Virus record (IMG/VR): IMGVR_UViG_3300038412_000061
Span: 1 to 64,000 of that record
From: a virus
Length of the DNA stretch: 64,000 nt
Direction: 5' to 3' (one strand)
Positions 53,501 to 61,792 of this stretch are shown here, piece by piece. Under the pieces are notes generated by a model. That model searched no databases. It was not told the DNA's origin and saw only the letters and a program-made list of their open reading frames with translations. A program made the translations under genes and the position numbers. Numbering within the stretch: the first letter of the stretch is position 1; each line of letters opens with the position of its first letter.

Positions 53501-55204
53501 AGCATAGCTTCAACTGGCAAGGTGACCGTTAAGGGCACCGCGTCAGTGAGTGCGGGTAGTGTATCCCTATCATCAACCTCAAAAAGGTCAACGTTCGCAA
53601 CTGCGAGCGTAGCCTTAGGGGCTGTTAGCGTTCACTCGAATTCTGTTGACGCAGTCTCTGGCCACGCATCTGTCACCGCAGGGACTTTGACGATTGCCTC
53701 TTCGTCTAAAAGGACCGTCAAGGGAAGTGCCAGTGTTGGTTCTGGTGCCCTTAACCTCTCTGCCGCGAGCAAGAAAACCGTCTCATCGACAGCTTCAGTA
53801 ACCCTAGGTTCTGTCTCGTTTAGCTCCAATGGAACCACCACAGTTCTCGGAGTCGCAAGTGCGCCTCTAGGAACATTGACAATCGCTTCTTCTTCAAAGC
53901 GAACCGTTAAGGGAACCTCGTCTCTTTCTGTGGGTAACCTATCACTGACGGCCTCAAGCGGTGCGTATGCCACGGTGCGCATTGGTTCGCTGACCGTTGC
54001 CGCAACTGGCAAGCGCACCGAATTGTCTGCGGCATCTATCCCTATTGGTGGACTGTCTGTGGCCTCCACAGGACAAGACACCGTTAGAGGGACAGCCTCA
54101 GTAGGCGTAGGGGGCCTAAGTCTAACCTCCGCTGGGAAGCGTACCGTAAACGGTACCACACACGTTTCTGCAGGAAACCTATCACTATCATCAACGTCTA
54201 AGAGATCAACGTTTGCCACCTCCAACATTTCAGTTGGATCTCTTTCGCTGCACTCCAACTCTCTAGACGCCGTGTCAGGCTACGCTTCCGTGGCGGTTGG
54301 AAGCCTGTCAATTGCTAGCAGCTCGAAGACAACCGTAACCGGCACGGCATCAGTACCGTATCGTAGTCTTTCCATCACATCTTCGTCTAAGAAGGTTGTG
54401 TTCGGGTCTGCGCTTTACGCTATCAGTGCACTTTCAGTTCACGCAAGCAGTTCTGGTGCTAAGAACGGCACGGCCAACGTCTCTGTCGGAAACCTTGGGC
54501 TTGCATCAACGTCAAAGGTCACGGTTCGAGGAGTAGTCTCGGCAGTGCTCGGTGCGCTTAGACTTGCGTTCTCCGGCGCCGCGCCAAAAACTGGTGTATC
54601 CTCTGTACTCATCGGTGCCCTTTCTGCCGCAGCGTTCGGCAAGACCACAGCACTAGGATCTACTTCCATAGGTGTCGGTGGGGTCTCGCTGTCATCGTCT
54701 TCGCGCCGAACTGTGATTGGAACTGCTGACACAACCATCGGCGCTGCGAGTGTTGAGTTAACCTCAAAGCGCACTGCCACAGGGAGACCCTCAATCGTCC
54801 TTGGGCCTCTTGACTTGGCATCTCGCGGGGGAAGAGTAGTCGCAGGAGCTTCAGCGCTGCAATTCGGCAACGTGACAATCTCGTCCTCTTCGAAGCGAAG
54901 TGTATTTTCAAGGTCTGCAGCTTCGATGGGTCCAACTTATTTGACTGCCACTGGGCAGAGGGTAGCGACTGGGTACCCACAGGTAACCTTGAGCGGCCTT
55001 GAGCTATCTTCGCTGTCCGTAGTGACAAGCACCTCTCCGTTCACGCATCCTGGCGCCGTCGAATTCGGAATCCTGCAGCCGAAAACGTCTTTGTTGAGTC
55101 GAGCAAACAAGATAGAGATCCATACCCAATCACCCTCAGTCAGCGCAGGATTCATAGCAACACAATTGGAAGCTTCAGTATCCAGACCATCAGTTAGGAC
55201 TTAA
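50549..55204 (+). CDS. Large Ser/Thr-rich adhesin-like virion protein (repeated beta domains, LamG, Listeria-Bacteroides repeat, repetitive stalk)
   Basis: PVGWWKL..FDGTSGY..FTVAAWV..WHFVV..LYVDG; YTVTFNANGG..FNGWNT.ADGSG..TLYAQW. Confidence 0.85.
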   Translation: MTLSLGSAVTTSYGVGVGSMSITPTHVGDCVVFCTSVNTTGISCTGLSSSNVAWDSTPIVTLTANGYTIQGWKGVATSTSAATVTASWSASISSNNTELASWGVHSSVSCTWKLLSGQAGSTYGSGTSYNFPSLTSGSGDLGEFYGGFVVAGNTASAGSTTGFTYSPDGNGNMEIYDLALASSTVYAPGGTESPSGNYSTIGFIVQAVAPVLSLGSAPSIQPGIGPQTLTVTPAHVGDCVIFVTQTSSSPTISSTALSSTNVTWDSAPMFSYVSGYLNIQIWKGVATSTSSAVVTPTWSASVTGVHIELMSMGVHSSVACDWKLLPGASGGTSGTTASSALVSAASLTSGSGDLGEFYFGYMYSSPGAAAGTTPGFTYYIDAYGNGEFYDLVLAPSTAYTPNITNSGSGAWDIASVIVQAVTPYDAYLESLSPVGWWKLADAVGASSAIDSSGNSFNLTKNGTITFGQTTPSQISPETGALFDGTSGYLIGTMTSTQAAVFSGSFTVAAWVNTSNWSPTSDVEFFGAGGTSYATDHLFQLFIDGNNYSGGGLAIGFYGDDWGSGFHPSAGWHFVVATVSRGASTSVRTLYVDGVSKGSNTSTGNLTVSSGNFLEIGREPAVGNYWPGDIAQVAIFNSVLTSTEISTLYSGGVASYTVTFNANGGSGTMSPETASSATALTLNTFTRTGYAFNGWNTAADGSGTSYADGASYPFTSSITLYAQWAVVIYHPTGFPLSTGSDSAACPAPTSYTMPHAYGAIGDLAIFAPAYFGTVNPTISSITGTQSGTWTLRERLLGYASENLDIWTAPVTATASADVLSITYAGSTAGGCGDFWGDSLSSGFGASTVWSFPASGSTEVAKSTTFSYPALLSATTSDPQAYWGHGVPSGVASGGTTPGFSYLEGGGFGQEQIYDLSIASNTTYTPTSTATSSGGSNNANDLTVGIIIRASSEVTGVASVTAGALSVSSSSKKTVKGTASVGAGGLSIASTGKVTVKGTASVSAGSVSLSSTSKRSTFATASVALGAVSVHSNSVDAVSGHASVTAGTLTIASSSKRTVKGSASVGSGALNLSAASKKTVSSTASVTLGSVSFSSNGTTTVLGVASAPLGTLTIASSSKRTVKGTSSLSVGNLSLTASSGAYATVRIGSLTVAATGKRTELSAASIPIGGLSVASTGQDTVRGTASVGVGGLSLTSAGKRTVNGTTHVSAGNLSLSSTSKRSTFATSNISVGSLSLHSNSLDAVSGYASVAVGSLSIASSSKTTVTGTASVPYRSLSITSSSKKVVFGSALYAISALSVHASSSGAKNGTANVSVGNLGLASTSKVTVRGVVSAVLGALRLAFSGAAPKTGVSSVLIGALSAAAFGKTTALGSTSIGVGGVSLSSSSRRTVIGTADTTIGAASVELTSKRTATGRPSIVLGPLDLASRGGRVVAGASALQFGNVTISSSSKRSVFSRSAASMGPTYLTATGQRVATGYPQVTLSGLELSSLSVVTSTSPFTHPGAVEFGILQPKTSLLSRANKIEIHTQSPSVSAGFIATQLEASVSRPSVRT

Positions 55205-55207
55205 CAA

Positions 55208-55813
55208 ATGGCAAGCAATCCCACAATCACTACAGTCCAGTATGGATCTGTCTTTAGGTTCATCAACGATATGGATGGACCGTTCACTTCTCTCGACGGA
55301 GTAGTGGTGGACCCCGACATCGTCAGCATCACCTTCACACCGACCGCTTCCCCGAACTCTACCCCAACTCCGGTGACCTTCACATACACCAACGGTGCGA
55401 TTCCACCAGACCCAAGCTATATGGTGAACAGATTCGAACTGCCCATAGCCTCCGTGACCCCAAGTTATCCGGTGCCTGGACAGGTCGGGTACACCACGAC
55501 GGGGAACAACAACTTCATCGTAGGACAGACCGTTACGATTGCAGGCATCTCCACTGCAGGGTACAATGGGACGTTCACAGTCGCGGCTGTTCAGAGCGAT
55601 GGGGGTTTCTCCGTGATCAACTCCACAACCACGACCCCCACGGTCTCATCGCCTACCGTGACCGCCAACGGGATTTACTACATGGACGTGGACACTACCG
55701 CCTACACCACTGGTGTGTGGGAGTACTACATTTCAGGCGAACCAGGTCCCAGCGGTATCGACCTCACGAAGACAAAGGTGCGCTCGCAAATTTACAGTCT
55801 TCTTGTCGAATAA
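55208..55813 (+). CDS. Hypothetical Thr-rich virion protein
   Basis: VGQTVTIAG...YNGTFTV motif. Confidence 0.7.
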   Translation: MASNPTITTVQYGSVFRFINDMDGPFTSLDGVVVDPDIVSITFTPTASPNSTPTPVTFTYTNGAIPPDPSYMVNRFELPIASVTPSYPVPGQVGYTTTGNNNFIVGQTVTIAGISTAGYNGTFTVAAVQSDGGFSVINSTTTTPTVSSPTVTANGIYYMDVDTTAYTTGVWEYYISGEPGPSGIDLTKTKVRSQIYSLLVE

Positions 55814-55830
55814 TTCGAACCAAGAAATAC

Positions 55831-55859
55831 TTGCAAAGTCCCTCGTTTCCTGCTATAAT
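55831..55859 (+). promoter_or_regulatory. SigA-type promoter
   Basis: TTGCAA-17-TATAAT with TGn. Confidence 0.85.
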
Positions 55860-55879
55860 GGTGGTGAAAGCGAGGGATT

Positions 55880-56137
55880 TTGTCTGTACCGAACATAGAC
55901 GTTTTCAGAAAAAAGACTGGGTGCATTATCTCCACCCTCCCCTTCTCCGCCGAACAAAGAGCGGCGTTTGATGCTGTCATGGACGCAGATCAAGAAGAGT
56001 ACCCTAACGTCCAGATTCAAGAAGTAGTCAGCAAAGAGTGGGGCATTGCCTTGAAAAAGACAGCGCTTTCCGCTCATCGACGCAAGAAGTGCTTGTGCTT
56101 CGAGGGCAACATCGCCCGTAATATGGAGAACAAATGA
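55880..56137 (+). CDS. Hypothetical protein (HRRxxCxC motif)
   Basis: ATGA overlap with the phosphoesterase gene. Confidence 0.7.
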   Translation: MSVPNIDVFRKKTGCIISTLPFSAEQRAAFDAVMDADQEEYPNVQIQEVVSKEWGIALKKTALSAHRRKKCLCFEGNIARNMENK

Positions 56138-57357
56138 CCGAAATCATTTCGCAGTTTCGCCGCACTCCCCGTCAGAAGTTTGACCACCCTAAGGGGTTCG
56201 AGCCAGGAGTTCAGTGGGAACCCGGCAAGGGTGGACACCTAACAGTGATCGCTGATTCTGAACCAGACTCTTCGATTTGGCTAAACCTTATTGAGGACTG
56301 GGACTTGAACCCGGCTCAAGTAGAGGTAGTCCCAGGAACGGTGCAAGTTCGTGCATGGGACGCCAACATGGGGGACGGAGAGGTAAAGCGTTTTAAGTAC
56401 TACCGCGCCACACTCCGGCCAAAGACTGGAATCACCAGCGCAGAACATCAGGCGGACGTAGAAGAACTGATGAAGTTCGTGAAGGGACGCAAGCCGGTAA
56501 AGGTCACCACCTCAGAGGTGGTTGACACAACACTCTTGGTCCTTCTTGCTGACTGGCAGGTTGGCAACGGAGAGGCCGGTGGAACTGACAAGATCATCGA
56601 GCAGATCCTTGCCTCTCGTGATCGAGCTGTTGCCCGTGCAAAGACGTTGCGCAAGCTCGGCAAGATAGGTGACACTGTGTGTTTGGCGGGTTTGGGCGAC
56701 CTGGCTGAGGGGTGCCTAGGCTGGTACCCAATGCAATGCTATTCTACTGACCGCAACATCCGTGAGCAGGACCGCATTGTGCGACACTTGATCATCGAAT
56801 GGATCGATGGATTCGTGGCAGAGGGCTTTAAGGTCACCGTTTTTGGTGTAGGAGGTAACCACGGCGAGCAGCGTGTTGATGGGAAAGCGTACACCTCGTT
56901 TGACGACAACAGAGACGTTCAGGCGTTTGAAATCGTTGCGGAGATTCTTGCTGACAACCCGCGCTATGAAAATGTGTCGTTCCCAATGGGAATCCTAGAC
57001 GAGTACGACCTTAGCGCCACCCTGGACATCTCTGGCGTGCCTTGCACGTTTGTGCACGGACACCAGTTTGGTGCAGGAGGCCAGGGCAACAAAGTCAACG
57101 TCATTGAAAAGTGGTTCACCAACCAGGTTATGGGCCGACGCCCAGTTTCTGATGCGGAGATACTGTTTAGCGGGCACTTCCACCACTTCATTGCCTCAGA
57201 GGCGAGTGGCCGTCAGGTCTTTCAGGCACCGGCCTCAGACACTGGTTCTGCATGGTTTACGAACAGCACTGGCAAGTCGTCGCACCCAGGAGTTCTGACC
57301 CTCGTTATCGGGGATGACGCTGGCTTCCGTGGATGGAACGACCTAGCGATCCTCTAA
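56134..57357 (+). CDS. Calcineurin-like metallophosphoesterase (Mre11/SbcD-like)
   Basis: ADWQVG, LGDLAEG, GGNHG, VHGHQ, SGHFHH. Confidence 0.88.
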   Translation: MTEIISQFRRTPRQKFDHPKGFEPGVQWEPGKGGHLTVIADSEPDSSIWLNLIEDWDLNPAQVEVVPGTVQVRAWDANMGDGEVKRFKYYRATLRPKTGITSAEHQADVEELMKFVKGRKPVKVTTSEVVDTTLLVLLADWQVGNGEAGGTDKIIEQILASRDRAVARAKTLRKLGKIGDTVCLAGLGDLAEGCLGWYPMQCYSTDRNIREQDRIVRHLIIEWIDGFVAEGFKVTVFGVGGNHGEQRVDGKAYTSFDDNRDVQAFEIVAEILADNPRYENVSFPMGILDEYDLSATLDISGVPCTFVHGHQFGAGGQGNKVNVIEKWFTNQVMGRRPVSDAEILFSGHFHHFIASEASGRQVFQAPASDTGSAWFTNSTGKSSHPGVLTLVIGDDAGFRGWNDLAIL

Positions 57358-57632
57358 TGGCTAGAGACAAGCTTGACGAGACGCGGAAGGTACAAAAGCC
57401 TCCGCCCGATGACGTTCTGTCTGTGCAGAAGAAGCGCGAATGGCTGCCTTGGGAGCAAGGTGATGTCCCGTGCGAGATATGCGGCCTTCTGTGCCCACTC
57501 AACTGTTACGAAGGATTTGAGACCGTTCACATTACCTGCACCTACACGGTGAGTGGCAAGAGATGGGTCAAGGCACGCAATGCTGCGAAGAAGAAGGCCC
57601 TTCTAGCTAGCACCAAGCCCGAACTGTTCTGA
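57357..57632 (+). CDS. Hypothetical Cys-rich protein
   Basis: TAATG coupling. Confidence 0.6.
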   Translation: MARDKLDETRKVQKPPPDDVLSVQKKREWLPWEQGDVPCEICGLLCPLNCYEGFETVHITCTYTVSGKRWVKARNAAKKKALLASTKPELF

Positions 57633-57962
57633 GCACAGGAGTTCTTCGAACGCATCATCAGGGTCAGTACCCTCCGAGATCCACACTGCCCGGTCGTCGG
57701 GACGGCTTCCCCACACTCCTTGGTCGTCTTTGTTCTCCAGAGCAAACGTGAAGCACTCCCTGCGCACTGGGCATCTTTTGCAAATGTCGAGTCCCCTCTG
57801 CATGTACGCAGCTTGCCCCTGCCCTGGGAAGAAGAACTCTTGAGGCTCGCCAATACACAGAGCGTCGTGGACCCATGGCGGACGCTGACGTTGTAGCATG
57901 GATATGAACTGAGCTATCTCCCAGTCAGAAAACGAAATGACTGGATGTTCCCTACTTGTCAC
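57603..57962 (-). CDS. whiB: WhiB-family transcription factor
   Basis: W..ALC...FFP...ICKRCPVRREC..AL...GVWG; probable GTG start at 57962. Confidence 0.92.
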   Translation of the reverse strand: MTSREHPVISFSDWEIAQFISMLQRQRPPWVHDALCIGEPQEFFFPGQGQAAYMQRGLDICKRCPVRRECFTFALENKDDQGVWGSRPDDRAVWISEGTDPDDAFEELLCSEQFGLGAS

Positions 57963-58113
57963 GCAGCCCCAATTCGTTGTAAATGTGGAGGTGCGCAGAC
58001 GCATGGGCCATAGGACTATTGTCCTCAACACCAAGGTTCGATCCACAGGAGCACTTTACTCTGAGCTTGCCCTTTTCGGGAGTGATTTCTACGTAATGCG
58101 TGGTATTGCTCAT
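57952..58113 (-). CDS. Small Zn-finger-like protein (CSCG...H..H)
   Basis: Start MSNTTH overlapping upstream stop. Confidence 0.55.
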   Translation of the reverse strand: MSNTTHYVEITPEKGKLRVKCSCGSNLGVEDNSPMAHASAHLHIYNELGLRDK

Positions 58114-58538
58114 TTCACAAATCCCTTTTCTTTCGCCTCTTGATCTCTGATAGTAATCAGTGTGTGGCACGAACGGCACACAGCACGAAAGTTTGAGTCG
58201 TCGTCCCCAACTGGGACAAGGGCGCCCCCTTGCGAGCGCAACTTTATCTCGTCTACGTCCACTGACTCTCCACCGCACCCACGTAGCCTAGCTTCGCAGG
58301 TCGGATGTTCGCTCAGGAACTTTACGACAAAGGGGATTCTTTCCTCTTCATAAAACTTAGCCATCTTCTCTGACCGGGCTCGGATCTTCTTACGGGATCT
58401 GAGCCCGGTCTTGGCTTTAGAGAGGCCCGAGGTACTGTTCGAGCTGCTCTTGGTAAATGGTGTTCGCGCGAGCGAGACGTGCGATTTCAAGGTCCCTTTT
58501 TTCAATTTGGTGCTCCGCCTCGAATAGCTGCATCTCAA
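58110..58538 (-). CDS. HNH endonuclease-like protein (start uncertain)
   Basis: CEARL.GC..SVDVDE..RSQGG..NFRAVCRSCH. Confidence 0.8.
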   Translation of the reverse strand: MRCSYSRRSTKLKKGTLKSHVSLARTPFTKSSSNSTSGLSKAKTGLRSRKKIRARSEKMAKFYEEERIPFVVKFLSEHPTCEARLRGCGGESVDVDEIKLRSQGGALVPVGDDDSNFRAVCRSCHTLITIRDQEAKEKGFVK

Positions 58539-58572
58539 GCTCGTGTATGTAGTCTAGTGTCTCTTCGTCCAT

Positions 58573-58947
58573 CTATGAGCCTCCAGTAACGGTTCGGTAG
58601 TTGCTGTTCAAACTCTGTAAAGCCCCGATCTCTTCGCGTATGGAGAGAAGTGCTTGCCTGTGTGCGTCCCTTTTCGCTGCAGTAGCTTCCATTTCGAAAC
58701 GTTCATCTTCTGTCTCGATGGTGGCTATGTCATCTGCCGCATCTCCACTAATCTTCACTCCATTGACGACCCCAAGAACTCGCGCATTAAAACGCTCCTT
58801 GGCAAACCTCGTTTTGAACAGCGTCTCGGCTCTTCCAGCGGCTTCGATTACATCAAGGTACCCACTAGTCAGTTCGTTCTGACGGTTGATGGCGTCTCTT
58901 AAGCGGTTCTCGATGGCGCCAATAGAAAGGGGACCACGTTCGGACAT
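58573..58947 (-). CDS. Helical hypothetical protein (possible recombination mediator)
   Basis: Coiled-coil; ends ALQSLNSN. Confidence 0.7.
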   Translation of the reverse strand: MSERGPLSIGAIENRLRDAINRQNELTSGYLDVIEAAGRAETLFKTRFAKERFNARVLGVVNGVKISGDAADDIATIETEDERFEMEATAAKRDAHRQALLSIREEIGALQSLNSNYRTVTGGS

Positions 58948-59276
58948 CAGGCTGAGTGTGTTCCTTCGACTTGACGGGCTTCACGACTGACAGTTCGGGA
59001 GTTGAGAGAATCAAGTGCTGCGTTTAGATGCGAGATGGCTTCAGCGTTCTCTTCGCAGAAGAACTTACCGTTGCTAGCCGCCTGGTAGAACTCTATCCGC
59101 TGCTTGGCTGCAGCTATCACGGTCTCCACAAACGCGCCGTTCGGTTCCAAACGATCCTCTCCGCGCCCCAGTGGGCCGTCCTGCCAGGAAATGACGAGTC
59201 CAACACCAACGACGGTACCGCCAGTCGGGTTGCCGTTCTTGTCAATCTTGTTCTCGGCTTCAAATTTTGCTAGCAT
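58947..59276 (-). CDS. Tad1-like nucleotide-signal sponge (anti-Thoeris/CBASS family)
   Basis: WQDGP..NG..R..YQ..F.CEENA.A..HL..AL..L..R..R..R.VEGT matches the Tad1 pattern. Confidence 0.75.
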   Translation of the reverse strand: MLAKFEAENKIDKNGNPTGGTVVGVGLVISWQDGPLGRGEDRLEPNGAFVETVIAAAKQRIEFYQAASNGKFFCEENAEAISHLNAALDSLNSRTVSREARQVEGTHSA

Positions 59277-59277
59277 T

Positions 59278-59430
59278 TCACTCTCCTAACACGTACTCTT
59301 CGAACTGTTCCGCGATGCTCACGGTGCTCATTGAATGGTCAACACCCTGCTGTTTGATAGCTAGCTCTAGAAGCTGAACTCGGAGGTCGATCAGCTCGCC
59401 CGTGCTGATTTCGGTAACTGCCTGTATCAC
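59278..59430 (-). CDS. 50-aa hypothetical protein
   Basis: GGAGG RBS, GTGA overlap; read manually. Confidence 0.55.
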   Translation of the reverse strand: MIQAVTEISTGELIDLRVQLLELAIKQQGVDHSMSTVSIAEQFEEYVLGE

Positions 59431-59672
59431 TGTTGTCCTCCCCTGGCCTTGTTGGGCGTCAGCGCCGCCCTAACGACTCTGGCGGCTTGCCATCCTATAC
59501 CCGCTAGGAAGAACCACCAAAAGCTGTGCGTGTGTGCGGCAACAAACCACCAGACCGCGCCCGTGAATAGTCCAGACAGAGCAATGAGAAGCGCCGCTAC
59601 CAAGAAGATCCCGAATGCTACGACGTACAGGTTACCTTTGCTCAAATCGTTTAGGTCAGGTGCTTTTATCAT
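59427..59672 (-). CDS. Small membrane protein
   Basis: Two hydrophobic segments. Confidence 0.65.
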   Translation of the reverse strand: MIKAPDLNDLSKGNLYVVAFGIFLVAALLIALSGLFTGAVWWFVAAHTHSFWWFFLAGIGWQAARVVRAALTPNKARGGQQ

Positions 59673-60010
59673 CTTGCGTTTACCCGTGCTTCCTCTTCTG
59701 TCGCCCCTAGTCCCACGCCGCCAGTTCTAAGGTTTGTAACCCTGAACATCATGTTCGGCGGACGAGAAGCATCCTTGAACTCTTGGACTTCCCAAGCGTC
59801 TTTTACGAGTTCCTGCAAACTCACAATGTCAGCGAGCTTAGCGAACGGGTGGGTGGGCGTAGTATTCCATCCTACCACATCCCAATGCGACCTTTGGGCA
59901 GCAAGATTCTTTGGAATGAAACCTAGACTATCACAAAGATCATCAAAAGCCTCGTTGGACCTGTTCAGTGCACGTTCAAGCCGATCTACACGGCGCCTCA
60001 ACCTTGACAT
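59669..60010 (-). CDS. Hypothetical protein
   Basis: Coupled to ssb. Confidence 0.7.
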   Translation of the reverse strand: MSRLRRRVDRLERALNRSNEAFDDLCDSLGFIPKNLAAQRSHWDVVGWNTTPTHPFAKLADIVSLQELVKDAWEVQEFKDASRPPNMMFRVTNLRTGGVGLGATEEEARVNAR

Positions 60011-60432
60011 TAGAAAGGCTCTTCGTCAAAGGTGTACGCGGTCGGTGCTACCTTCGTAGAGTACCCCTCAGACTTTGGGGTGCGTACCACGACTGCTGTA
60101 GCCCACTTCAAAGAAGGGGCAATCTCGTCCGCAACGATCTCAAACGCCTGACGCTTTTCCCCGGAATCAGTTTCCCAGGTACGCTGCTCCATCCGACCGG
60201 TGACTACGACTCGTGCGCCTCGCTCGATAGAAGAAGCAGTGTTCTCAGCTAGAGGCCCGTAAGAGGAAACATCGAAGAATGAAACCTTCTCCTCCCACTC
60301 CTGGGTCTGACGGTTCTGCCAGCGACGGTTGACGGCGATGCCCATTTGCAGACTCGCCTGTCCAGAGTTCAAGAACTTGAGTTCTGGCGCTCTCGTCACA
60401 TTTCCTACGACTGTGATTGTGTTGTCACTCAT
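60010..60432 (-). CDS. ssb: Single-stranded DNA-binding protein
   Basis: ITVVGNVTRAPELKF..VVVTGRMEQR..DEIAPSL; acidic DEEPF tail. Confidence 0.95.
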   Translation of the reverse strand: MSDNTITVVGNVTRAPELKFLNSGQASLQMGIAVNRRWQNRQTQEWEEKVSFFDVSSYGPLAENTASSIERGARVVVTGRMEQRTWETDSGEKRQAFEIVADEIAPSLKWATAVVVRTPKSEGYSTKVAPTAYTFDEEPF

Positions 60433-60472
60433 TAGTGTCCTTTTCTATATTCGTGAACTTTTGCGACCACTG

Positions 60473-60682
60473 TTACGCCTCGGTGAAGTCAACATAGTAG
60501 TCTTGGCCAACAATAAGACTAGCACTGGTCTCATCTTTTTTGACAGTTATGGTAATCAGCCCGCTTGGCGTCGTTCGGAAGAAGTCTTCGTTCTCGGCGG
60601 ACCCCGAAATAACAGGGGTCAACTTGTAGGTGCGTGAGTAAAGACTCCACTCTGCAGATTGGCACGTAAACTTTGCTCTCAC
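60473..60682 (-). CDS. Conserved small phage protein (RAKF...EN..F..TPSG...YYVDFT)
   Basis: Recognisable motif family, function unknown to me. Confidence 0.8.
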   Translation of the reverse strand: MRAKFTCQSAEWSLYSRTYKLTPVISGSAENEDFFRTTPSGLITITVKKDETSASLIVGQDYYVDFTEA

Positions 60683-60687
60683 TTTTC

Positions 60688-61491
60688 CTACTTCTTCGCC
60701 GGTGGGGTGTAGTTGGGATGAGCCTCAAGCTTGGCCTTTACCTTCTTGAACTCCGTAACGGTCAACTCGTCGTTGTCATCGATGTGCCGACCGATCACCT
60801 GGTCAACATAGTCGCGCATAGTGGGTTCATCCATGCCGATGTTCTTCACACACACTGCCCAAATCAATTGGGCCTGAGGCTTGGTGACCAGATTACCAGC
60901 AGGCGCAGGAGAAGACCCAGCTGTATTGGCAATCTTCTCATTCATACCGGTCGTCGGCGCAGGTGAGCTCGACTGCTGCTGGGAGGGCTGACGTGTGGTT
61001 ACAGGAGCGGCCCCAGATGGTTGTGTGATGTCGCGCACCTTTGTCCCTACGGTGTCAGGGTCAGGGTCGCCGGTAACAATCTTGAAAGTCTCCTTGTAGA
61101 AGTACTTTTCTGCCAGCGACAGGGCAGCACTCATAGACTTGTCGTTATCATTCTCCGACTCGCCCACCATCGTTGCCACCTCCTGCGAACCATCAGGGCC
61201 GGTCATCTTGTAATTAACGATGACTTGAGCCCAGTGTTGGTTGCCGACTACGGCGCCCTGCTGATTGTAGATTTCCTTGTCCCACGATTTAGCGGATGAC
61301 ACTGCTGGTACAATAGACAGCGACTCCTGAACAAGGATTGGCTGTACGGCCTCGATAATCTGTTCGATACCCATGACCCTATAGTCACGGCCACCACCGA
61401 TTCCAGCTACCTCAACCCCCTTAGGAATTTTGCCGATTGCGTCGGTGACGGCAAGGATTGCCTCATGTACGCTCTTCGATCCTACGGCCAT
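60688..61491 (-). CDS. ERF-family ssDNA annealing protein
   Basis: GPDGS..VGES..DKSMSAALSLAEKY..F.I.TGD.DPD; GGAGG RBS at MAVGSK. Confidence 0.85.
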   Translation of the reverse strand: MAVGSKSVHEAILAVTDAIGKIPKGVEVAGIGGGRDYRVMGIEQIIEAVQPILVQESLSIVPAVSSAKSWDKEIYNQQGAVVGNQHWAQVIVNYKMTGPDGSQEVATMVGESENDNDKSMSAALSLAEKYFYKETFKIVTGDPDPDTVGTKVRDITQPSGAAPVTTRQPSQQQSSSPAPTTGMNEKIANTAGSSPAPAGNLVTKPQAQLIWAVCVKNIGMDEPTMRDYVDQVIGRHIDDNDELTVTEFKKVKAKLEAHPNYTPPAKK

Positions 61492-61518
61492 TGCGTTCCT
61501 CCATTTAAGTTCGTTCCC

Positions 61519-61547
61519 AGTATAGCACCTTGCCACTGGATTGTCAA
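61519..61547 (-). promoter_or_regulatory. SigA-type promoter
   Basis: TTGACA-17-TATACT with TGn. Confidence 0.85.
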
Positions 61548-61563
61548 CACGTAATTCACTTTT

Positions 61564-61791
61564 CTACGAATTCATGACATCAAGGATAAACTCATACTCT
61601 GCGTCAGACCCTATGAAGACAAATGGATCTTTTGGCTGAATTTTGAATATACCCTGAGCAGGGTTTATCGTGTACATATTTGCCAGGGCAATCTCTGGCG
61701 GATTTTCCATCGTTGGATCTATCTCTACCGTTATCACGTCTGATTCTGGCGGCAGCGACCTTAAATGGGAAATCAATTGTATCACATTCAT
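61564..61791 (-). CDS. Hypothetical protein
   Basis: MNVIQLISHLRSLPPES N-terminal motif. Confidence 0.7.
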   Translation of the reverse strand: MNVIQLISHLRSLPPESDVITVEIDPTMENPPEIALANMYTINPAQGIFKIQPKDPFVFIGSDAEYEFILDVMNS

Positions 61792-61792
61792 G

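Noticed and set aside
44837-55204. Diversity-generating retroelement or invertible fibre switch
   Set aside because: No reverse transcriptase, invertase or near-identical template/variable repeat pair seen; internal repeats are diverged protein-domain duplications.
21442-55392. Numerous minus-strand ORFs opposite the structural genes
   Set aside because: Antisense shadows of codon-biased long genes; no independent signals.
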